Below, piece after piece: positions 51,126 through 60,070 of a stretch of 64,000 nt of DNA (position 1 is its first letter; the number at the start of each line of letters is the position of its first letter). Source of the stretch: a virus. The stretch spans positions 32,001 to 96,000 of IMG/VR virus record IMGVR_UViG_3300021478_000019; one strand, written 5' to 3'. The notes below the pieces were generated by a model, which worked only from the letters and a program-made list of their open reading frames with translations, did not search any database and was not told where the DNA came from. The translations under genes were made by a program, and so were the position numbers.

Positions 51126-53111
51126 TCATTTACACTCGGCCCAGTTCTGGCCGACGCTGATATTGGCTACCAGGGGTACATCGAGGACAGGCCGGTCGCC
51201 CAGGCGAATATCCTCCATAGCTTCCCGCACCAACGGTAGGGCTCGGGGTACTACCCGCTCGTCGCACTCGATGATGAACTCATCGTGGATCTGGAGGACC
51301 AGGTGGGCGTCGAGGCCGCGCAGGGCCTCATGCACGGCCACGATGGCCAGCTTGGCGATGTCCGCAGCGGTGCCCTGGATGGGGTGGTTGACGGCCTGGC
51401 GCTCGGCGTAGTACCGCAGCTTGGGCACGTCGGAGGTGACGTCCTTGAGCCGGCGCTTCCGTCCGTAGAGAGTCTCGACGAAGCCCTGGACCCGGCAGAA
51501 GTCCTTCACCTTCTCGGCCCAGCGCTTCACGCCGGGGTAGGCCCGGTGCCACGCTTTATAGACCGCCTCGGCGTCGGACTCAGAGATCCCCGACATCTCC
51601 TCCACCCGGCCTGGGCCCCCCTCAAAGGCGAAGTTGAAGTTGCAGTTCTTGGCGATGGAGCGCTGGGCGGGGGTCACCTCGGTCTGAGGGATGCGCCAGA
51701 TCAGAGCCGCGGTCTGGGTGTGCAGGTCCAGGTCATGGGTGTAGGCGTACATCAGCTTGGCATCACGGCACTGGTGAGCCAGGACCCGTAGCTCGATCTG
51801 GCTGTAGTCGGCCACGATGAGCTTGCGGCCCGAAGGGGCAACGAACAGGCGGCGCACCATGGTGGCCTCAAAGGTGTCCTTGTAGCGGGCCGGGATGTTC
51901 TGCAGGTTGGGGGTCGAGCAGCTGAGTCGACCGGTGCGGGCGATGGCCTGGTTGAAGCTGGCCCGGATCCTGTTGTCGTCCTCGATGGTGGGGATATATC
52001 CAGCGACGTAAGTGGAGAGCAGCTTTTGAAGATCCTTGTATTCCAGCACCGCTCCAGCCGCGGGGCTGCGCCGGGCCAGGTACCGCAGGGTCTGGGCGTC
52101 GGTGGAGCGGGCCCCCTTGTCGGTGAACTTGGGGCACTTGATCCGCAGGACGTCATAGAAGTAGTGACCCAGCTGCTGGGTGGAGTTGAGGTTGATCTCG
52201 TCGGGCCGGTCCCAGCGGTCGGTGATGATGGCGATCGCCTGGCGCTGGGCCGCGGTGCGGCGGGTCTCCAGTTCGGGCCGCAGCCGGCGGAACTCCTCCA
52301 CGTCCACGTAGGCGCCGTACTGGCGCATGTGGATCAGGACCCGCAGCACCTCCATCTCCAGGTCGAGGAGGGCCCGCAGCTTGGCCAGGCCCCTCTTGGA
52401 GAGCTTGCGGGTCAGCTTCCACCACAACAGCCAGGCCATCTTGGCGTCGACCAGGGAGTAGCGGATGGCCCGCTCAAACTCGACCCGGTACGCCTCCTCG
52501 CCCAGCTTCTCCGCATAGATATAGCCCACGTACAGCTTGGACAAGGCCCCCAGCTTGTAGACGCCCAGGTTCTCGTTGAGCAGGAACGCGGCCACCAACG
52601 TGTCGCCGTAGGGGGGGTCGGGGATCTCCCCGTCGTAGTACTTGCTCACGGACAGCAGGTCGAAGCCCACGTTCTGATTGACCTTGCGCCGGTCGCTGAA
52701 CATGAGGGGCTCCAGGGCGTCGAAGACCTGCTCAGGGCGCAGCTGGGGCCGGGGGTCGGGGTGGCCGCAGGGGATGACGTCAGAGCGCCCCGGCCCGGCC
52801 AGGCTGATTGACCACACCACGTTGGTCATGGGGTCGAGGGCGGGCTTGTCCTTGCCGGCGGCATCGCGGCACTCGTCGGTGCAAAACTTCCGATTGTGCC
52901 GTGGTGGGAACGGTCGCTGGCAGGAAGGGCAGATCTTCATCTGCTCCGCATCACGGGACGTGCCCTTGGGTATCTCCCCGGCCAGGGCCAGGCCCCGAAC
53001 CTTGCGGTTGGTCCGGGTCTCGACGTCGAAGGCGAACTCGTCGAAGTCGAGGTAATCCTCGACGACCTGCTTCAGGTCTTCGGTGGTCCGAACGGTTTTG
53101 GTAGCGAGCAT
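51126..53111 (-). CDS. polA: Family A DNA polymerase with 3'-5' exonuclease
   Basis: AFDVET; N..FD; TGRLS...PNLQNIP; ADYSQIELR; DLH; N.PIQG.AAD; QIHDE. Confidence 0.96.
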   Translation of the reverse strand: MLATKTVRTTEDLKQVVEDYLDFDEFAFDVETRTNRKVRGLALAGEIPKGTSRDAEQMKICPSCQRPFPPRHNRKFCTDECRDAAGKDKPALDPMTNVVWSISLAGPGRSDVIPCGHPDPRPQLRPEQVFDALEPLMFSDRRKVNQNVGFDLLSVSKYYDGEIPDPPYGDTLVAAFLLNENLGVYKLGALSKLYVGYIYAEKLGEEAYRVEFERAIRYSLVDAKMAWLLWWKLTRKLSKRGLAKLRALLDLEMEVLRVLIHMRQYGAYVDVEEFRRLRPELETRRTAAQRQAIAIITDRWDRPDEINLNSTQQLGHYFYDVLRIKCPKFTDKGARSTDAQTLRYLARRSPAAGAVLEYKDLQKLLSTYVAGYIPTIEDDNRIRASFNQAIARTGRLSCSTPNLQNIPARYKDTFEATMVRRLFVAPSGRKLIVADYSQIELRVLAHQCRDAKLMYAYTHDLDLHTQTAALIWRIPQTEVTPAQRSIAKNCNFNFAFEGGPGRVEEMSGISESDAEAVYKAWHRAYPGVKRWAEKVKDFCRVQGFVETLYGRKRRLKDVTSDVPKLRYYAERQAVNHPIQGTAADIAKLAIVAVHEALRGLDAHLVLQIHDEFIIECDERVVPRALPLVREAMEDIRLGDRPVLDVPLVANISVGQNWAECK

Positions 53112-53129
53112 TCATTCCCCTCGGGTTGG

Positions 53130-53171
53130 CGAGGGGGAGAGCCAGCGGTCAAGATCCGACTCTCCCCCTCG
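53130..53171. terminator. 12-bp hairpin between ssb and polA
   Basis: CGAGGGGGAGAG/CTCTCCCCCTCG with an 18-nt loop. Confidence 0.6.
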
Positions 53172-53208
53172 GGCGCAGGTGACGGCTCCCGCAGCATCAC
53201 CTGGCCAT

Positions 53209-53907
53209 TCAGGTCGTAGCCGCGTCGGCCACTCCCTGAAGTTCGGCCTTGGTCGAGCGCTCCACCGAGGAGGCGTCCCACAGCTTCTTGGCGTAGGTCT
53301 GGATCTGGGCGTCGGTCAGGGGCTTGGTGTCCCAGTCCTCCTCCAGGTCACGGGCCTTGATGGGGCGGATCTGGGTGCGCCGGCCCTTCTTGTTCTTGCC
53401 CCCGCTCATGGAGATGGCGAAGTACTGGTTCTCGATGGGCTGGTACTTGGCGATGGTCTCGGCCACGGTGATGCCGGTCTGCAGGGTGGTGTGGATGGGC
53501 TCGTCGGCATGCAGGTCCAAGATGTTGAACCGGATCTGGCTGTTGGGGTCGTCGACCTCGCAGATCGGGCACTCGTCGGGCCGCATGCACACGTAGCCCA
53601 GCTTCTGGCCGTTGGGCAGCCAGTCACACCAGTGCTGGTTGAACGATGCGTAGGGCCCGTCCTCCAAGAACATGATCAGCTGCTCCTCGTCGGGAACCTT
53701 GAAGAGCTTGGCGTACTTGGTGGGGGCGTTGGCCTTGGTGCGGGCGTAGCCGCCCCAGCCGGCGGCGACGGCGCCGACCGTCAGGTCGCCGTCATCGCTC
53801 CCATTGTCACGCTGCGGGCGGCGGCGTCGAGGAGCCTCCTCCTCCTCGTCGTACTCTTCTGCTGGTCGGGGTCGGCGGATGATCCTTCTGGTCGCGGTCT
53901 CGGGCAT
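53209..53907 (-). CDS. ssb: Single-stranded DNA-binding protein (gp32-like)
   Basis: FL...P......HW.......C....CP.C zinc motif; F.I; located beside polA. Confidence 0.75.
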   Translation of the reverse strand: MPETATRRIIRRPRPAEEYDEEEEAPRRRRPQRDNGSDDGDLTVGAVAAGWGGYARTKANAPTKYAKLFKVPDEEQLIMFLEDGPYASFNQHWCDWLPNGQKLGYVCMRPDECPICEVDDPNSQIRFNILDLHADEPIHTTLQTGITVAETIAKYQPIENQYFAISMSGGKNKKGRRTQIRPIKARDLEEDWDTKPLTDAQIQTYAKKLWDASSVERSTKAELQGVADAATT

Positions 53908-54202
53908 GCTGGTTCCTTTGTAGGGTGGTTGATAGGTAATCCTCGGCCAGGTTCGGGCTGAACTCCGAGAACTCGGAGAGGGTTTCCAGTTCCTGGTGGG
54001 CGAGCTTGCTCACCTCGTCGATGACTTTGATTTCCAGGTGATCGGTGAAGGTGGCCCGGTGCTGGGGATCCAGTTCCGCCCAGCCCTGGTCGGTGAAGCC
54101 AAGATCATGGTGATCAGCCTCGGCGCCGACCTCTACTTGAGCGGTCTCGTATTCTCGGATTCTCATCGTGAGACGGATCTGCTTACTGAGCTTCATAGCC
54201 AA
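53807..54202 (-). CDS. Hypothetical protein
   Basis: K......I..YE...V pattern; tail overlaps ssb. Confidence 0.6.
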   Translation of the reverse strand: MAMKLSKQIRLTMRIREYETAQVEVGAEADHHDLGFTDQGWAELDPQHRATFTDHLEIKVIDEVSKLAHQELETLSEFSEFSPNLAEDYLSTTLQRNQHARDRDQKDHPPTPTSRRVRRGGGGSSTPPPAA

Positions 54203-54660
54203 CTCCGGTACTCAGCGACGATGCGCTCGGTGAACCTGGTCTCGGTGATGGGGGGTGGCTTGGGGTTGAGCAGTCCCTCCTCTCTGGCGATGCGTTGCAT
54301 GCCCTCGATCATCTTGCGGTTCCACAGTCGGCGCCCGGCGTTGCCGCGGCTGCCGACGATGTCGTTGGTGCGGTAGCGGGCCTTGGGGATCCAGGCTTTG
54401 GTGATCCACGATCGGATGGTGACGGGCCGGCGCCCCAGAGCCTTGGCCAGGGCGCCGATGTGGAACATCTCCATCTCCCTGCCGTCAGGCAGGTGCTTGA
54501 TCACCGGATGGGCGTCCCAGCCCTCTTCCTCCTTGGCCTCGGCCCGCTCTCGGGCCAGGCGCAGGGCTTTGTCCTCCCTGGACTCCCGGCGCCGCTGCTT
54601 GGAGGCCGGGTAGAACTCGCTCTGGAGGTCCCCGAAGGCTTCGCTGATCAGGTCGCTCAT
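54193..54660 (-). CDS. MerR-like HTH DNA-binding protein
   Basis: F.IGALAKALGR..VTIRSW.....IP.....R.W. Confidence 0.8.
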   Translation of the reverse strand: MSDLISEAFGDLQSEFYPASKQRRRESREDKALRLARERAEAKEEEGWDAHPVIKHLPDGREMEMFHIGALAKALGRRPVTIRSWITKAWIPKARYRTNDIVGSRGNAGRRLWNRKMIEGMQRIAREEGLLNPKPPPITETRFTERIVAEYRSWL

Positions 54661-55124
54661 GACACCGGCTTCTCGTTCTCGTCGAGGAGCCAGAACGAGA
54701 AGCTGATGGTCTTCGGGAACATCTGATCCAACTCGGCCTCGGTGATCTTGCCGTCGTAGAAGCCGGCGTAGATGGCGTCGGGGTCCAGGCTGGTCTCCAC
54801 CACCGTCCTGGTCACGGTCATGGCGTCCCACAGACCCTTCTTCCGCAGGATCTCTTCCGCCCGCTCATAGTTGGTGGAGTCGCTGACGCTGCGCTGGTTC
54901 TTGAGGGTCAGGATCCGGCGGTCTCCGACCGGCTCCTTCAATCGCAGGAAAATAGAGCCGGTGGTGGGGTCCGTCTCCCCGTATTGCTGCACCATTTCCT
55001 TGAGGGCCTTCTTGCCCTCGTTGAGCTTGGCACCGATCAGAGTGGACTGCCGTTTGAGGGCATACCAGGACTCCACCACCCCCTGGACTTTGCTCAGGTC
55101 CACTGTGGCACGCTTCGTAGGCAT
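54657..55124 (-). CDS. Phage protein with an N-terminal coiled coil
   Basis: Y.LK.......LK..V..YG..D..G; LD.D.I....Y.G.I...E.D..F. Confidence 0.7.
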   Translation of the reverse strand: MPTKRATVDLSKVQGVVESWYALKRQSTLIGAKLNEGKKALKEMVQQYGETDPTTGSIFLRLKEPVGDRRILTLKNQRSVSDSTNYERAEEILRKKGLWDAMTVTRTVVETSLDPDAIYAGFYDGKITEAELDQMFPKTISFSFWLLDENEKPVS

Positions 55125-55158
55125 GCCCCAAGGGTACTTAGGGGGTGTGACGGTCTCG

Positions 55159-55509
55159 CTACCCCGGCCCTGAAATAGCCAGGGCGTAAGTCTGGACGAG
55201 GTAGGCCATCACGCCCTCCTCCTGGGCCCGGTCCAGCCATATCTGGTTCTCTCGGGCATGCCGTAAAGAGTCCATGAAACACAGGACGATGTTGCACTTC
55301 GTCCATGATTTAACGCGGCGCCACTCCAGATGCCGGAAGCTCTCGACCTCATGCTCCAGAAAGGGCAGGGTGCCGTTGTCGAGGATGATGATGGTCTCGG
55401 ACCACTCTCGGGCCATGGCGTTGAGCCCGGTCAGGCACAGGCGCAACACGTAGGTGTCCTCATCCAGGCAGGAGCCCAGGAACAGATAACGGGGCCCGTA
55501 ATTGGTCAT
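55159..55509 (-). CDS. Hypothetical protein
   Basis: RBS GAGG; same strand as flanking genes; lower GC. Confidence 0.5.
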   Translation of the reverse strand: MTNYGPRYLFLGSCLDEDTYVLRLCLTGLNAMAREWSETIIILDNGTLPFLEHEVESFRHLEWRRVKSWTKCNIVLCFMDSLRHARENQIWLDRAQEEGVMAYLVQTYALAISGPG

Positions 55510-55657
55510 CCCTCATCCGAACCAGGCACGAAACGCCACACTATTCCGAACGGCGGGGCTGTCCAGGTATGACAGTTCCCGCAGTAGCCCTCCTCCAGGT
55601 CATGGGGGTTGTGGCTAACCATGCTGCAGCGGGGACAGGTGAATGTTGTCTCGGTGG

Positions 55658-57217
55658 TCATAGCTCCCGCTCGGATAGGAATTTGGTCAGCGATTGCAGG
55701 TCCAGGGTCAGCCGACCCTTGGTGCCTATGCCCCGCCCATCGACGACGGCGTCCGCGATCTTCTGCTTCTGGGCCAGGAGAGCGGCCTGGTACTCGTCGA
55801 GGGAGTCCTTGACCTGCATGCTGATGAGCGTCACCTGGGGGAACTGGGACGACAGGCGGATGATGCGGGCCTGGCGCTGGGCGTAGGCGCCGGCACTCCA
55901 GGGCAGGTCCAGGGAGATCAGGTAGTTGCCCTGGGGCAGGTCGAGCCCTACGCCCCCGGCGTCAGAGGACAGGAACAGGCGCACATCGGCGTCGAGGGCG
56001 AAGCGCTGCTTGGCCACCTCTCGGTTCTTGGCGTTGACGTCCCCGGTGAATAGCACCGACTGGGTCAGGCCCTTGGTGGCCGTGGCCAGCAGGTCCAGGC
56101 TGTCCTTAAAGTTGGAGAAGACGACGCATTTGTTGACCGGGTTGGCGTCGAGGATGTCGGTGATCAACTCCACCGTGGCCTTGATCTTGGGGGCCTCGGT
56201 GACCTTCTCCAGGGCCCCGGCCAGGTGTAGCTCCTCGGCGTAGACCGACCCGGTGCGGTTGCCACCGGGGATCTCCCCCCGGTAGTGGGCAGCAGAGCGT
56301 CGCAGCAGGTCAGGGCTATCGAGCAGCATCCGTAGGCAGGTCAGCTTGGACATGATGTCGCCCCGCGCTTGACTTAGATCCGGGTCTCCGGTATAGAAGC
56401 CGGTCAGGCTGAAATTCCCGAACTCGTCGAAGGCTTGCTGGAGGGCCCGCTCCAGGTCACGCACGATGCGGCGGTACAGCCGGGCCCCGGCCTCGTCCAT
56501 CTCCACGTAGATGGACTGCTCGGTGATGGCCGGCAGCTGGTCCTTCACCTGGTCGCGGGTGTGGCGCACCATGTGGTCGGAGACCAGCTTGTGCAGGGTG
56601 GCCAGGTTGCGGTAGGCCCGCGGCCTGCCGAAGTGGTCCCGGCTGATGAAAGATCGGTCGAAGATGTCGAAGCGGCCCAGCACGGTGGGGTCGATCCACT
56701 GGAAGATCGAGAAGATTTCCTCGGGCCGGTTCTCGACCGGCTGACCGGTCAGCCCCCATTGGTAGGTGGCCTCCAGGCGCTTGAGCCGTTTGCTCCGCTT
56801 GGGGGCGAAGTTCTTCGCCCACTGGCACTCGTCGGCCACGATGAAGTCCCGCGGCAGCCGGCGCACGATGTCCCAGTCGCCCACCATCTGCTCGGGATTG
56901 ATAATCAGGTACTCAACCCGGCCACAGCGGTAGTCGCTGTACCAATCCAGTCGCTTCCTGGGCACCCCGTCGACCACGGCCACCTTGGCCGTCCCTTCCG
57001 TGAACTGATCGATCATGCGGGCCCACTGGTACTTGATGGAGGCCGGGGCGATGATGATGCCGCCGCCCACCAGGCCGTCGTCGATCAGCTGCTCCACCGC
57101 GGCGATGACCACCACCGTCTTGCCCAGGCCCATCTCCATGGCCAGGAGCAGGTGCTTGGCCTCGATCATGCGGTCGACGGCCAGCTTCTGGAACGGGAAG
57201 AGTTCGCCCTTAAACAT
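55658..57217 (-). CDS. SNF2-family DNA helicase
   Basis: L.PFQ; MGLGKT; VADECQ; LTGQP.EN; AGGVGL.L; Q...RI.R. Confidence 0.92.
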   Translation of the reverse strand: MFKGELFPFQKLAVDRMIEAKHLLLAMEMGLGKTVVVIAAVEQLIDDGLVGGGIIIAPASIKYQWARMIDQFTEGTAKVAVVDGVPRKRLDWYSDYRCGRVEYLIINPEQMVGDWDIVRRLPRDFIVADECQWAKNFAPKRSKRLKRLEATYQWGLTGQPVENRPEEIFSIFQWIDPTVLGRFDIFDRSFISRDHFGRPRAYRNLATLHKLVSDHMVRHTRDQVKDQLPAITEQSIYVEMDEAGARLYRRIVRDLERALQQAFDEFGNFSLTGFYTGDPDLSQARGDIMSKLTCLRMLLDSPDLLRRSAAHYRGEIPGGNRTGSVYAEELHLAGALEKVTEAPKIKATVELITDILDANPVNKCVVFSNFKDSLDLLATATKGLTQSVLFTGDVNAKNREVAKQRFALDADVRLFLSSDAGGVGLDLPQGNYLISLDLPWSAGAYAQRQARIIRLSSQFPQVTLISMQVKDSLDEYQAALLAQKQKIADAVVDGRGIGTKGRLTLDLQSLTKFLSEREL

Positions 57218-57468
57218 GCTGGATGCCGGGCGGCGCACCGATCGGGTTTGGTTTTGCCGCCCGGCGGGGTTGATCGTACAAGCCCTCGATTACTCTCACC
57301 GCATAGGCATCACCCCTATCCACATAAGTTGCCATCGAGGTCATGTGAAGGCCAACGCGGCCAGGTAGAACGCCACCACGAAGGTGGCCACCCCCACGAT
57401 GGTGACGGCGACGACGAAGAACACCCGGTCGGAGGGCTTGGGCTCCCTCGGCGGGTCGTCCATCCGCA

Positions 57469-58356
57469 TCACCAGTACGCCGCCAGGATCGCCGTCTGCA
57501 CGCCCTCGTAGACCTCTTCAGCGGAACACTCGCCGGGATCCTTGCCGCTGGCGTGCTGGTAGTTGAACACCGTCATGGGCAGCCGGTGGTGCCACTTCTC
57601 GGCCAGGATGCGCCGGGTGGCGGCGATGCCGGTCTTGTCGTTGTCCAGGGCGAGGACCACCTTGTCGGCATGCTCGACCAGGAGGCGCAGTTGCTGGTCG
57701 GAGACGGCGGCGCCGTAGCTGGCCACCGCCGGCACGTTGAGCCCATTCAGGTACACGCAGTCGAGGGGGCTCTCCACCAGCAGCAGGCCGAAGTGCCGGG
57801 GGGCCTTGTCGACGGTGAGCCCGAACAGGGTCTTCGACTTCTTGATGCCGGGCGGGAAGTTGCGGGTGAACTCGGGCCCTTTGCGCTGGTAGCCCCACAG
57901 GGCGCCGGCAGGGCTGTGAATGGGCAGGATCCAGGCGTAGTCCTCGGGGTCGAAGCGCACCCCATAGCGCCGCGCTGCGTACGACCGGAGCTTGCGATGC
58001 TCCAGCGCGGTGCGGGGCGGGAACCCGAAGCGCTCCAGCTGGTCGTCGAAGTTCAGCGGCGGGGGCTCCCACTCCTCCTCATCGTCTTTGTCCAGCTGCA
58101 CGTCATGCTGGACGAGCAGCTTGGAGATGCTCCAGGGGTCCAGCCCGGTCAGGTCGCTGACCAGGCGGGCCAGGCTGCCCTTGTACTCGCAGCTGAAGCA
58201 ATAGTGCAGCCCGGTGCGCCGGCTGATCGACCAGTGGTCGGTCTTGCCCTCTCGCTCGCCGGTGCGCTTCTCATGGGCCGGGCAGCGGCCCTGGATCTCG
58301 TCACCGAGGGGTCGGATGTCCTCGATGCCGATGTAGTGGAGGAGGTCTTCCAGCAT
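57469..58356 (-). CDS. dnaG: DNA primase (CHC2-type zinc finger plus TOPRIM)
   Basis: CPAH...CFSC; LVESPLD; LALDND..G; KDP. Confidence 0.9.
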   Translation of the reverse strand: MLEDLLHYIGIEDIRPLGDEIQGRCPAHEKRTGEREGKTDHWSISRRTGLHYCFSCEYKGSLARLVSDLTGLDPWSISKLLVQHDVQLDKDDEEEWEPPPLNFDDQLERFGFPPRTALEHRKLRSYAARRYGVRFDPEDYAWILPIHSPAGALWGYQRKGPEFTRNFPPGIKKSKTLFGLTVDKAPRHFGLLLVESPLDCVYLNGLNVPAVASYGAAVSDQQLRLLVEHADKVVLALDNDKTGIAATRRILAEKWHHRLPMTVFNYQHASGKDPGECSAEEVYEGVQTAILAAYW

Positions 58357-59597
58357 CAGCTGTCGTCGGTCTCGTCGTCGTCGGCCTCGTACTCCACCTC
58401 GCCCATCTCCAAGATGGCGCCCATGTCCCAGTCGAAGCGCAGCCGGATCTCCTTCTGGGTGGTGTTGCGGGCGGCGATGATCTTGAGGACGCGTTCGGCC
58501 TTATCGTCGGTCTCTTCCAGCCCGAAGACCACGTCGGAGTCCTGGCCGAAGCTGGAGGAGTAGCCGATGCTGTCCAGCTTGAGGCCCCGCTTGGACTTCC
58601 AGGTCAGGGCCTGGGTGGAGATGACGATCGGGATGCCAGCCCGCTGGGCCAGGCGCTTGAGGGAGCGGGTGACCGAGGTCAGGGCCTGGGCCGAGTTGGG
58701 CTCGACGCCCTGCACCTCGGCGTCGATCATGTAGGCGCCATCGACGAACAGGATGTCGGGCCGGTGCTGGCTGACCTTGGAGCCCAGAGCGCTGACGGTG
58801 GTGGTGGAGGAGGGGTCATGCACGAACAGCATCGGGTGCAGGTCTTCCATCTCGGCCATCATCTGACCCAGCTTGCGCTGCTCATGGGGCCACAGGCTGC
58901 CATTGGCCAGCCGGTTGTAGCTGACACCGGCCCGGAAGGTGTCATGGCGCATGGACTGCTCCTGGGTGGACATCTCAAAGGTAATGAACATGGGCTTATG
59001 GCCGCTGGCGTGCGCCGCGATGCACATGGCCAGGATGATCACTGACTTGCCCACCTTGGACGTGCCCACGATGGAGATCAGCTGCTCGGGTTGGAGCCCG
59101 GCGGTGGCCCGGTCCATGCCGGGGAAGCCGGTGGGGATGCCCCGCATCCCTTCCTGGTTGCTCAGGCTGGCGTAGAAAGCCAATCGGGCCTCCGTGGTCT
59201 TGCACAGGTCGATGTCATGGAGGTCGGAGACCTCCGAGTGGGTGGCCTCCAGCCCGTGGGCCAAGATCTTGATGGCGCTGGCGGCGTCGCCGGCCTTGAG
59301 GGGCTCCTGGGTCCGGTCCAGCATGTCGAGGACCAGGGCATAGCGGTGCCGCTCCCGCATCTGCTCTACGTAGTAGGACAGGGGCTCCTGGGTGGGGACC
59401 AGGGTGTAGCGGGGGAAGGCGTGGTGGAGCGCATCGGTGCCGGGGGAGGCACCGTGGTTGTTCCAGTGGTCGACCATCCAGCTGAAGACGGTGCCGTTGT
59501 CGGGGTCCGCGAAGTAGTCCCGAGTGATGCGGGCGTCCAGCACGGGACGAATATCCGACTCGACGACTTTGCACAGGAGGGCCCATTCAATGTCCAT
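58356..59597 (-). CDS. dnaB: Replicative DnaB-like helicase
   Basis: IPTGF...D..T.GL; G...VGKS; EMS; FVDG.Y; LK.LA......Q; QD.D. Confidence 0.92.
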   Translation of the reverse strand: MDIEWALLCKVVESDIRPVLDARITRDYFADPDNGTVFSWMVDHWNNHGASPGTDALHHAFPRYTLVPTQEPLSYYVEQMRERHRYALVLDMLDRTQEPLKAGDAASAIKILAHGLEATHSEVSDLHDIDLCKTTEARLAFYASLSNQEGMRGIPTGFPGMDRATAGLQPEQLISIVGTSKVGKSVIILAMCIAAHASGHKPMFITFEMSTQEQSMRHDTFRAGVSYNRLANGSLWPHEQRKLGQMMAEMEDLHPMLFVHDPSSTTTVSALGSKVSQHRPDILFVDGAYMIDAEVQGVEPNSAQALTSVTRSLKRLAQRAGIPIVISTQALTWKSKRGLKLDSIGYSSSFGQDSDVVFGLEETDDKAERVLKIIAARNTTQKEIRLRFDWDMGAILEMGEVEYEADDDETDDS

Positions 59598-59629
59598 TTT
59601 GTACCCCTAGAGCTCGGAAGTTAGCATTG

Positions 59630-60070
59630 CTAAGGGCTCGAGTGTGTCGCCACACCGACCCCGTGGGGACCGAAGGCCCAGCGCTGCTCCTCCAGCCCGT
59701 AGTAGACCCGCCAGACGTCGGGCATGGTGGGGAGCTTGCGGCCCAGGCCAGCTGCGGTCTCGGAGAAGACGTAGCGGGCCGGCAGGTTCTGCCGCTCCAT
59801 CAGCCGGGCCACAGCCATGGCGAACTCGGGCTGCCGGCTGGTGACGCAGACGTCGATTCGCATCCCGGTGGTGGCCAGCATCGACCACATCTGGTTAATG
59901 GTGGGCCCGTTCAGCTGCCAGTACCGCACCGCCTGATCGAAGAGGCCCATGCGCCGTTTGATCCACTCCAGGTCACGGATGACCCGGCCCCCTGGGAGGG
60001 TGGCCACCGCACCCTCCCAGATGAAGATGGACCGGAGCGGGACCTCAGTCCCCAGCTGACCGTTCTTCAC
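59630..60070 (-). CDS. Hypothetical replication-module protein
   Basis: GTG start overlapping the upstream ATPase; alpha/beta pattern. Confidence 0.65.
   Translation of the reverse strand: MKNGQLGTEVPLRSIFIWEGAVATLPGGRVIRDLEWIKRRMGLFDQAVRYWQLNGPTINQMWSMLATTGMRIDVCVTSRQPEFAMAVARLMERQNLPARYVFSETAAGLGRKLPTMPDVWRVYYGLEEQRWAFGPHGVGVATHSSP

Noticed and set aside
51126-53111. Z-genome polymerase (DpoZ) or intein in polA
   Set aside because: No purZ in the window, other polymerase motifs are canonical, and the insert lacks intein splice-junction residues.
45619-54202. Long C-terminal overlaps as evidence of recoding or programmed frameshifting
   Set aside because: The tails lie in the frame whose first base is the GC-rich third position of the next gene, where stop codons are naturally rare; no slippery site is evident.
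34165-58563. Long antisense and off-frame ORFs (for example 34165-35466, 53083-53961, 56435-57511, 57553-58563)
   Set aside because: Shadow ORFs expected from high GC3 opposite well-supported genes.
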